This document shows, in pieces, positions 47,614 through 57,374 of a DNA stretch of 64,000 nucleotides. A model generated the notes under the pieces. It made no database searches. It saw only the letters and a list, made by a program, of their open reading frames with translations, and was not told where the DNA came from. The position numbers and the translations under genes were made by a program. Position 1 is the stretch's first letter; each line of letters opens with the position of its first letter. The stretch is from Diplonema japonicum (Eukaryota > Protista > Euglenozoa: Diplonemea), in NCBI GenBank assembly GCA_964019335.1, contig OZ025656.1:248001-312000 (forward strand), written 5' to 3'.

Positions 47614-47981
47614 TTAATTGTTCTCTTTTACACCTCGCACCTTTTTTTTTTCGGATTTTTCTTTCGTTTACCCCCCCCTTTTTTTTCCCATTCTTCATTT
47701 TTTTTTTTTTTTACCAACCAACCCTCTATTGCTTTCCCCCCCCCACCCACCCACCCCTTTCTTCTTTGCCTAACCCATATTTCAAAAGAAAAAATAATTA
47801 AGGCGCTTCGTGCATTCTTGACTTTGATTTTTCAATTTTTTTTTTTTTATAGCGGCCTTAATAAGAAGAAAGGGGGGGAAGGGAAGAACAAAAAGAAAGT
47901 ATCACCTTTATCACCGATTTTTTTTCCTTTTTCCCGGGCCACAATAAAAAAAAACTCCCCCTCCCCAGGGCCACACAACCA

Positions 47982-48784
47982 ATGGGTGACACATATGACG
48001 CGGACGCTGTGTTCAAAGAACTGGACGCCAGGTTCGAGGACCCGGACTGCACTGTTGAATCAGTACAGGAATCTGTCGATACGCTGAAACAATATGTAGG
48101 CGGCTTCAGCGAAGAGCTCGCTTTGGTGAAGAAATCGAGAGCGGGTTTCGGAAGAGTTTCAAAAGAAAACGAGAAACTCGAATCTGAAGTTCAAGACCTG
48201 AAAGACCGCTTCATGAAAATGCAGGGCATGGCCGCAGAAGACGCAAAAGAAGTGAGAGAGGTGGCTGTGGGACTAAGGGCACCCGTGGCGAAACAATGCG
48301 AAAGGGTGAGGCTTTTAAGAGCTGAGTCCGATCCGCCAAACCCGTTCAAACTCCACAAATCGATCCATGAAATCACAAGAGACAGGGAAAAAGAAATTCT
48401 TGTTGCGACGAAACAGCTTCGTGAGCTGAAGATGATCCTCAAGATGATGAAGCAGCACGAGGCGGAGATTGAAGTCGAGTCGACCAACCAAATCCAAGAA
48501 AAGACCTCCGAGAAGGACCGTGATATCTTCAACCTCGCAATGAAGTGCATGAAGGAGAGAGAACAGCTCCTCGAAGATGTGAAAGCCGTTAAGATGGACA
48601 TCGACGCCATTGAGGAGCATCTCCGCACGGGGCACTACGAGCACAAAACGAAGAAAGAAGCGAAATTGCAAGATTACCGCGCAAAGGTGCAACGTGAATA
48701 TAAAAGCCCTGGCGGTGTCTCGCAAGTCTTCGACAAACCCGAGGAAAAACTCCCCGAACCCGCTAGCAAGGTATTTTTGTTTCA

Positions 48785-48820
<36 letters not shown>

Positions 48821-49632
48821 CGGAATGTTCGCTTACCAAAACAAACGCCACGGACTCCACCGGGCTGCACTTTGAAGACAAGACGCGGTTGGTCATGGTT
48901 ACGCCAGGCTCTGCTGCTGACCAGGCAGGCTTCGCAAGCTTCATCGGGAGAAGGGTGACACACTGCAACGGCAACGAGATCAGGCCTGGTTACGTGATGA
49001 AGCTCTCAGGATCAAAGTCCGTCACCCTTCGCTTCGACATTGACACCGACAACCTGAGATGCTCCTACATCAAGAACGAAGATGATGACCCCATCAAGAC
49101 AGTATGAAAACAATTACAAGGAAAAAAAATTTTTTTTTTTTAATTTTACCAGTTCTGCGACAGAGAGGAGAAGCACAAGAGCGGGTACAAGAAAATGTCG
49201 GAGGAAACCAAGTTGCAGAAGGAAAGGGCGAGGGAGGAGAAGAAAGCGCTCGATTTGCAGAACAAGAAGCTCAAGGAATACGAGCAAAAAATGGCCTTGG
49301 AGAAGAAGGAAAAGGAAAGGGACATCAAGCATCTGCAGCACAAGGTACGTCGGGAAAGAAAAAGAAAAAAAAAAAAAAGAGGGGGCAAAAAACAATACTC
49401 ACAGCTGAGCATGGCCCGCACCAAGCAAGGGGAGTACGAGGCCGAGAGTAAGAAGCTATTTGCATGGATGACACAATCCCAGAGGACTCTCGAGACCATC
49501 CGCGGGAAAGGAAGGTCCAGAGCCATAGGTAATGGTGCTGAGAAGCGTGCTATCACGTCCCGCCGTAAGTCTGCGTCTCCTGAGGCAGTGCCACCAGCAC
49601 CTGTGGAGGAAGCAGCAGAGGCAGAGGAGTGA
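47982..49632 (+). CDS. Coiled-coil protein with PDZ-like domain; introns 48771-48819, 49102-49152, 49345-49404
   Basis: Three ORFs join in phase 0; the middle exon LVMVTPGSAADQAGFASFIGRRVTHCNG is PDZ-like. Confidence 0.8.
48771..48819 (+). other. 49-nt GT-AG intron whose acceptor is A33-G
   Basis: GTATTTTTGTTTCAC(A)33G. Removal joins ASK|TECSL into the PDZ-like exon. Confidence 0.78.
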
Positions 49633-50158
49633 GTGCGGAAAAAAAAAAAGAACGTTTCCTTTTTATTTTTGCCCCTCTTTAGTGTTGTCCCTTTGTTGTC
49701 CCCCCTCCCCCTGCGCCCGATATTCCCGATTTCTGCGTAGTGAGTTGTTTTTATTTATTTAGTTTATTGCTCTTTTTTTTTTTTTTTTAATCTCCGCAGT
49801 GTTTTTCTTTTACTTCCCCTCCCCCCTTTCCCCTCCTTTTTTTCTTCCTTCACACGAACCGCAAAAGAAAAAAAAAAGAGAAAAAGAAAAGAGAACAATA
49901 TGTTTCTTTCTTTTATGAATATAATTTATTTTAAAAAAAAAACAAAGAGAGAGAGATGGCGTGTCCCCTTTCCGAGGGTATTGGCCCGAGGGACTTTCGT
50001 GCCACTCTCACATCGCTCCGTTCGACTCCCCTTCGCGGACTGTGTTCACCCCTCCCCTTCCCTTCCAGTATGGTATTTTTTAAAAGAATCTCAACCACAA
50101 TATTGCTAAGCACATCTTTCACTACAACACAGGCATTTAATTTTTCATATCTACCAAA

Positions 50159-52282
50159 ATGGCTGAGACCTTTGCATTCCAGGCTGAGATCAACCAGTTG
50201 ATGAGCTTGATCATCAACACGTTCTACTCGAACAAGGAGATCTTCCTGCGTGAGCTTATCTCGAACTCGTCCGATGCTCTCGACAAGATGCGCCACATGT
50301 CGCTGTTGGACAAGGAGGCGCTGAAGGACGAGGAGAGGATGCTGATCCAGATCCACGCTGACAAGGCGGCGAAGACGATCACGCTGACGGACACTGGTGT
50401 GGGGATGACGAAGGCAGACCTGGTGAACAACCTGGGAACGATCGCGAGGTCCGGGACGAAGGGCTTCATGGAGGCTCTGGAGGCCGGGGCTGACATGTCG
50501 ATGATCGGGCAGTTCGGTGTGGGTTTCTACAGCGCGTACCTGGTGTCGGACAAGGTGACGGTGGTCTCGAAGCACAACGACGACGAGTGCCACCAGTGGG
50601 AGTCTGCTGCGGGAGGGACCTTCACGGTGACGAAGTGCGAGGACGCGGACCTGAAGAGGGGGACCAGGATCACTTGCCACTTGAAGGACGACCAGCTTGA
50701 GTTCTTGGAGGAGAGGAGGATCAAGGACCTTGTGAAGAAGCACTCTGAGTTCATCGGCTACGACATCGAGCTGGAGGTGGAGAAGACGAACGAGAAGGAG
50801 GTGACGGACGACGAGGACGAGGACGAGGAGGAGGAGAAGAAGAAGGAGGAGGAGGGTGAGAAGAAGGAGGGAGAGGACGAGCCGAAGGTGGAGGAGGTGA
50901 AGGAGGGAGAGGAGAAGAAGAAGAAGACGAAGAAGGTGAAGGAGGTGACGAAGGAGATGGAGAAGCTGAACAAGAACAAGCCCCTTTGGACGAGGGACCC
51001 GAAGGAGATCACGAAGGAGGAGTACGGGAGCTTCTACAAGGCGATCTCGAACGACTGGGAGGAGCACCTCGCTGTGAAGCACTTCGCTGTGGAGGGACAG
51101 CTGGAGTTCAGGGCGATCCTGTTCATCCCCAGGAGGGCCCCCTTCGACATGTTCGAGCCCAACAAGAAGAAGACCAACATCAAGCTCTACGTGAGGAGGG
51201 TGTTCATCATGGACAGCTGCGAGGACCTCATCCCGGAGTGGCTCTCCTTCATCAAGGGGATCGTGGACAGCGAGGACCTCCCCCTGAACATCTCGCGTGA
51301 GAACCTGCAGCAGAACAAGATCCTGAAGGTGATCAAGAAGAACATCGTGAAGAAGACCCTTGAGATGGTGGAGGAGATCAGCGAGAACAAGGAGGACTTC
51401 GCGAAGCTCCACGAGCACTTCGGGAAGAACCTGAAGCTCGGGATCCACGAGGACTCGCAGAACAGGAAGAAGCTCGCTGAGTTCATGAGGTACTTCTCGA
51501 CGAAGAGCGGGGAGGAGACGACCTCGCTGAAGGACTACGTGACCAGGATGAAGGAGGAGCAGAAGGAGATCTACTACATCACTGGTGAGAGCAAGGCCAA
51601 GATCGAGAACTCCCCGTTCATCGAGCAGTGCAAGAAGAGGGGCCTGGAGGTGCTTCTGATGACGGACCCGATCGACGAGTACGCGATGCAGCAGCTGAAG
51701 GAGTACGAGGACAAGAAGTTCAGGTGCGTGACCAAGGAGGGTTTGAAGTTCGAGGAGACCGAGGAGGAGAAGAAGCAGAAGGAGGAGGAGAAGGCTGCCT
51801 TCGAGACCCTCTGCAAGACCATGAAGGACATCCTCGGGGACAAGGTGGAGAAGGTGATGCTGTCGGACCGTCTCGCACAGGCCCCGTGCATCCTGGTGAC
51901 CTCGGAGTTCGGGTGGAGCGCGCACATGGAGCAGATCATGAAGATGCAGGCCCTGAGGGACTCCTCCAGCAGCGGCTACATGGTGAGCAAGAAGACCATG
52001 GAGGTGAACCCCGCCCACCCCATCGTGAAGACCCTGAAGGCGAAGGCCGACTCCGACGCCAACGACAAGACCGTGAAGGACCTCGTGCTCCTCCTCTTCG
52101 AGACCTCGCTCCTCACCTCCGGCTTCTCCCTCGAGGACCCCGCCGGATACGCCGAGAGGATCCACCGCATGATCAAGCTCGGGCTCTCCATCGACGACGA
52201 CGACGAGGAGGACGCACCCATCGAGGCCGACACCACCGCCGCTGAGGACGAGGGTGAGTCCAAGATGGAGGAGGTTGACTAA
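50159..52282 (+). CDS. HSP90: Cytosolic heat shock protein 90
   Basis: [34 protein letters not shown]...C-terminal MEEVD; intronless, extreme codon bias. Confidence 0.99.
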   Translation: MAETFAFQAEINQLMSLIINTFYSNKEIFLRELISNSSDALDKMRHMSLLDKEALKDEERMLIQIHADKAAKTITLTDTGVGMTKADLVNNLGTIARSGTKGFMEALEAGADMSMIGQFGVGFYSAYLVSDKVTVVSKHNDDECHQWESAAGGTFTVTKCEDADLKRGTRITCHLKDDQLEFLEERRIKDLVKKHSEFIGYDIELEVEKTNEKEVTDDEDEDEEEEKKKEEEGEKKEGEDEPKVEEVKEGEEKKKKTKKVKEVTKEMEKLNKNKPLWTRDPKEITKEEYGSFYKAISNDWEEHLAVKHFAVEGQLEFRAILFIPRRAPFDMFEPNKKKTNIKLYVRRVFIMDSCEDLIPEWLSFIKGIVDSEDLPLNISRENLQQNKILKVIKKNIVKKTLEMVEEISENKEDFAKLHEHFGKNLKLGIHEDSQNRKKLAEFMRYFSTKSGEETTSLKDYVTRMKEEQKEIYYITGESKAKIENSPFIEQCKKRGLEVLLMTDPIDEYAMQQLKEYEDKKFRCVTKEGLKFEETEEEKKQKEEEKAAFETLCKTMKDILGDKVEKVMLSDRLAQAPCILVTSEFGWSAHMEQIMKMQALRDSSSSGYMVSKKTMEVNPAHPIVKTLKAKADSDANDKTVKDLVLLLFETSLLTSGFSLEDPAGYAERIHRMIKLGLSIDDDDEEDAPIEADTTAAEDEGESKMEEVD

Positions 52283-52770
52283 GACTACCGCCTCGCAACA
52301 CAACTTGAGAATGTGATTAAAAGAAAAACTCCCTTTTTTTTCAACAGAAAAACTTTTTTTACCTTCATTTTCAGCCGCACGCACTAACATTCCGTTTTTT
52401 TTACTCTTCTTTTTTTTCCCTACTCCTTTATTTTTTTCTTTTTACTCCTCTCTTAATAGTTTTTTTTTGGTTTATTTTTCTTGGCTCCACTTCTCCCCCC
52501 CCCCCCCCCCACCCCCCCTTTTTTAAAAAATGGTTGCCTTTGCCCTGTGCTATTGATTTTTTTTCACTTTTTTTTTAACATTTATCTTTTAGCTTTTTTT
52601 CTTTTCTTTCAAAATTGGTTTTTTTTTCCTTTTTGCCTCCCCCCCCCCTTTAATCATCTCTTTCTCGTTTATTTATTCTTATCTTTTCTGATGACCAGAA
52701 ACAAAAAAAAAAAAGAGAGGGGGAAAAAAAAAAAAGGGCAAATATAAAAAAGAGAAGAAAAAAAAAGAAA

Positions 52771-53432
52771 ATGGCGGATAAAATGTACAGCATGATGATA
52801 TTCATGGCGAAGGGTGTGGAGAAACCTGTGATCCTTTCCTCGGCAGTTGATGTAAGCAGTTTTTCGTTCTTGCAGCGGAGTTCGGCGAAGCAATTCATCA
52901 CATTCATCAGCAGAACGGTGGCTGGAGCAACGAAGCCGGAAACGAGACAGCAGGTGGTTGAGGAAGAAAACAGAGTGTATGCACATGCCAGATCTGACGG
53001 GCTTGTTGGGGTAGTCATCACCAATGAGGTATATCCTGAGAGGGTTGCCTTCACAGTGTGTTCCGCGACTCTTGCGGAGTTCGCCGAGAAGTTTGCTGGG
53101 CAGTACAACGATCCCTCGAAATTGTCTGATAATTGCATCCCCTGGCCTTCGTTGAGCAAGACGCTCGAGAAATATCAGAAACCCACGGAGGCTGACCAAA
53201 TTCTGAAAATCCAAAGAGACCTGGAGGACATACAAACTATTATGTTGCAAAATTTGGACAAGGTCCTTGAACGAGGGGACAAGATAGGCGATCTGGTATG
53301 TGAAGGAAATAAAAAAAAATAAATAAATAAATAAATAAATAACACAGGTGGACAAATCTACAGATCTGACAGAAACAAGCAAATCCTTTTATAAAACGGC
53401 AAAGAAGACCAACAAAGGTTGCTGTCTTATCA

Positions 53433-53437
<5 letters not shown>
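52771..53437 (+). CDS. YKT6: Longin R-SNARE YKT6; intron 53296-53347
   Basis: DVSSFSFLQRSS, longin fold, VLERGDKIGDL|VDKS...FYKTAKKTN, CCLIM prenylation motif after splicing. Confidence 0.95.
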
Positions 53438-53481
<44 letters not shown>

Positions 53482-53774
53482 AAAAGATAGACGGAAGAGA
53501 GGAAGTTGTCCATACCATTATATTTCTCTCTTTTTTCTCCCCCCGCGTTTCTCACCCCTTTAGCTCTTTCCAACATTTCTCTCTTTTTTTTTTATTATAA
53601 AAGTGTTTTTTTTTTCTTCTTTTTGTTATTTCCCCCCCCCCCCCCTTTTTGAGGAAAGAGTGTTGCAGTAGAGATACTTTACGCGCTGAACCTATGGGAA
53701 AGAAAAAAAAATGGAGAGAAGAATGGGAAAAGGAATTTAAAAATACAAGAAAAAGGGAGGGAGAAAAAAAAGCC

Positions 53775-53811
<37 letters not shown>

Positions 53812-54190
53812 GACAAGTGTCTCCTTGTTTTTTTTTTCTTTTTTTTCCATACCCTAGCCCAAGGAGACACTTAGAAAGAAAGAGGGAAAAAAAAAACAAA
53901 TGTAAGCAGAAAAAAAAAAAAAAAAACCTCCGCCCCCACACCGTTATCTTTCCTTTGATCCCCACTTTGTTCAGCTCCCCCCCCCCCCCCCCCCCCTCTG
54001 AGACATTTTCTTTTCTTTCCCTTCTTGCTCCCCGACTTCGTTCCTTTTTTTTTTTTATTTGCTGTTATATGTACTTCCATTGGTCAATCATAAAAAGAAG
54101 AAGAAAAAAATGCTATAAATGATAGGTAAGGGGAAGAAAAATGCTATAAAAAAAAAAAAAAAAAAAAGCAAGAAAAAGAAAAGAAAAGCG

Positions 54191-54799
54191 ATGGCTGTAA
54201 GCACCATAAAATGGCTAGAGAAGACAACAGGCTGGGACATTTCGGGCACAAAAGGGCTGGAGGAGTATGTCAGAGACAGCGAGGCAAAGCACGTGAGCGG
54301 CAGAGGAAACGACGGGTCAGTACTAGCAGGGGACCAGATCCTCAGCTTCCTGGAAACTGATCTATGGAAGTCAGAAGGTGTAAGCAGGGAGAGGCTAGAG
54401 GCTATCGATGTGCTCAAGACAGAATATGTAAATGCCTTGAACTGTATAGCATTTCAAGAGGACCAAATACTCTTGTATCTAGAAGAGCTGGAGCGTGCCA
54501 GGACACTGCTGCGGTGCAACCCAAGCGAAGAGAAGAGGCTGAAGGTGGTCAACATCAAACTTGACATCACCGAGCGCCTCGACAAAAAACATTTCAAGCA
54601 TAAACAAAAAGAAGCAGCCTCAACATCTCTCAAACAGGAAATCACCGCCATCCAACTGGCCCAGCTCAACAGAAGCAACTTTACCACCCCACCCATGGCA
54701 GCAGCTACCTGTACCCCTAAGGAACGCACGCCACTACGGAGGCGAAAGTTCGACGACACAGCTGTCCGTGCAGTGCTTCGCAGGCAAGACCACGAATAG
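54191..54799 (+). CDS. Hypothetical coiled-coil protein (202 aa)
   Basis: ATG 54191 after an A-rich leader; coding-like composition; no family recognised. Confidence 0.65.
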   Translation: MAVSTIKWLEKTTGWDISGTKGLEEYVRDSEAKHVSGRGNDGSVLAGDQILSFLETDLWKSEGVSRERLEAIDVLKTEYVNALNCIAFQEDQILLYLEELERARTLLRCNPSEEKRLKVVNIKLDITERLDKKHFKHKQKEAASTSLKQEITAIQLAQLNRSNFTTPPMAAATCTPKERTPLRRRKFDDTAVRAVLRRQDHE

Positions 54800-54918
54800 G
54801 GTTTTTTTCTTCTTTTTTTTTTTTTCCTATCCAATAATTAGTCTAGTCTGTATTCTTCTGGGATTTCTGTGGGTATTTTATGCAAAACTTATTTAAAAAT
54901 AAGAGGGCGAGAGAAAAT

Positions 54919-56655
54919 ATGGAAGAAGAAGTGATGGCAAAGCCCGAGGGGGAGGCTCAGGTCGAGCCCCAGCCAGACAGCGCAGCGGCGTACGCGGCGG
55001 CCTTTGCTGCAGAGTACGCACAGATCGAAGCGGCTGAGAAGCAAACCCAACAGGAGCAGGCACAACAGGAGCAGGCACAACAGGTAGACTACGGTGCCTA
55101 CAACGCTCAATATCAGCAATACTACATGGGGCAAGGACAAGGACAGGGACAGGGACAGCCTGGTGAAGGGCAAGCGGGAGAAGGTCAGCAGCCCGCACAG
55201 GGCCAGGAGGGCGGGTACGACCCTGCTTATGCAGCGTACTACTATCAGCAGCAGCAACAACAGCAGCAGCAACAACAACAACAACAACAGCAGCAACCAG
55301 GCCAGACACCTCAGTACGCAGCGCAGGGAGCAGCACAAGGACAAGCTCAGGCTGCAGCACCGTACGGGCAGTACTCGATGGAAGGCAAGAAGCACGGCGT
55401 GGTGTCCAAGTGGCTCGCGGACAAGGGCTTCGGGTTCATCAAGTCGGACTACGACGGCGACATCTTCGCGCACCACAAGTCCATCACCGGCGGGCAGGGT
55501 ATCCTCATCGAGGGGCAGGAGGTGTGGTTTGACATCGCGGCCTCGGACGGGGGGAAGAAGTCTGCCCAGAATCTGGTGGGCCCTGCCGTAAAGTTAAAGG
55601 GAACGGGCCGCCTCCCTGACGGCAGACTGATAGGTCTCGTCACCAAATGGAACGAAGACAAGGGGTTCGGATTTGCAAAGACGGAGGAAGGCGACGTGTT
55701 CTGCCACCACTCGAGCGTCGGGGGTAGCCTGATAGAGGGGCAGGAGGTCTTCATCGAGTTGGAGATGACAAATGACGGCAAGAAGGCAGCGAAGTCGGTC
55801 AGTGGCGACGGTGTAATGCCGAGGGGAGCCAAGGGCGGCAAGGGTGAGGCACCTGTCATCGGAAAGGGAGGGAAGGGTGGAAAGGGCGCCCCCCCCTTCA
55901 TGGGAGGTAAGGGCGGCAAGGGCGAAGGGTTCGGGGGTGAAGGTGGCAAAGGATACGATTCAGGAAAGGGCGGCAGAGGAATGTATGAGGACAGGAGAGA
56001 AGGCAGAAGAGACGAGAGGAGGAGAGGTATGTTGCAAGACAAGACAAGACAACACAACACAGACTACGACAGGAATGAAGGAGGTGACAGCGGCCCGAAA
56101 GAAGGACAGCAAACAGGAACCGTTGCAAGATGGCTGGATGGAAAGGGCTTTGGGTTCATAGAAAACGTAAAGGACGGAAGGGAAATATTCTGCCACAACA
56201 GGTCCTTTGGCGGCGGGGGCCTAGAGGTGGGCGGGACCATCTACTTCGACATCGAAGAGGACAGGTCTGGTAAGCCATGCTGTGCCAATGTCCACGGTCC
56301 GGCAGTCCGGCCTGAAGGTGTTCCTCCTTCCAGTGGTGGGAGAGACGCTGGGAGGGACAGGGGCATGATGAGGGGAGGGCCAGACAGAGACGACAGAAGA
56401 ACAGACCGGGATGACAGAAGGGAAAGGAGAGAGAGGGATGATAGAAGAGACCCCAGAGATGACAGAAGAGACTGGGACGACAGAAGAGACGCAAGGGACA
56501 AGGATTACAGGGACAGACGGGGAGGTGGGGAGAGAAGGCGTGTCTCGCGGGAACGAGGAGGCAGGAATGACAGAAGTGAGAGAGGTGGAGACAGGGACAG
56601 AGACAGGGGTGGTGGTGGTGGTGGTGGTAGGGCTCCTCGTGAGGTATTGGGGAGT

Positions 56656-56686
<31 letters not shown>

Positions 56687-56699
56687 CAGAACAAGAAGG

Positions 56700-56734
<35 letters not shown>

Positions 56735-56816
56735 AAAGGTCGGTTGGCGTGCGGAGCAAAACCGAGGTGGCCCCAACGCGTGTCCCTCAGAGAGCTCAGG
56801 TTCCAGCAGCGAATGA
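54919..56816 (+). CDS. Triple cold-shock-domain RNA-binding protein; introns 56027-56062 and 56644-56738 (last exon less certain)
   Basis: Three CSDs (KWLADKGFGFI...IFAH; KWNEDKGFGF...VFCH; RWLDGKGFGFI...IFCH), Y/Q-rich N-terminus, GKG repeats, RD-rich tail. Confidence 0.88.
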
Positions 56817-57257
56817 ATGGACAGAATTTAAAAAAAAAGGGGGGGGGAAGTGTTTCTATTTTTTTCTTAACCGGAAAGTTTTTTCTTTTGCTCCCCCCCT
56901 TCTTTTGTTTTATTTTTCCACACACACACGAGGTCGCTCCCCTTCTCGCTCCTTTGAAAGCGCAAAAAACAAAAACAAAAAAAAGAAGAAGAAATTTAAC
57001 GAAAAAACAAAAAAAAAAAAGAGAGAGAGCAAACGAACGTACTACTACATAGTAGAAGAGGAGTAATAAAGGGGGGGGAAGTGTTTTTTTTTTCTTTTCT
57101 TTTTCTCTTTTTTTTTTTTTCCTTCTCTCTTTTTAATTTTTTTTTAGTTTTCTTCGGAAAAATAAAAAAAAACAAGGTTTATGGTCAACTTATACGGTAT
57201 TTGCCAAGAGAAAAAAAAAAATTGAACTTGAAAGCGGCTTCACAATTTGTTGTTTCT

Positions 57258-57294
<37 letters not shown>

Positions 57295-57374
57295 CTTTCT
57301 TGACAAATACCGAGTAATTTGACCTTATAGCGGCGCCCGTGTAAACAAAAAAAAGAAAAAAAGGGGGGGGGGTA

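Noticed and set aside
49956-50050. tRNA or B-box-like GTTCGACTCC upstream of HSP90
   Set aside because: The T-stem does not pair and no cloverleaf can be built.
49931-52390. 819-aa antisense ORF over HSP90
   Set aside because: Shadow of extreme codon bias: TTA, CTA and TCA are avoided on the sense strand. The translation is low-complexity L/V/H.
52771-53477. YKT6 as a retrocopy with a poly(A) tail
   Set aside because: The gene retains an intron and no target-site duplication is seen.
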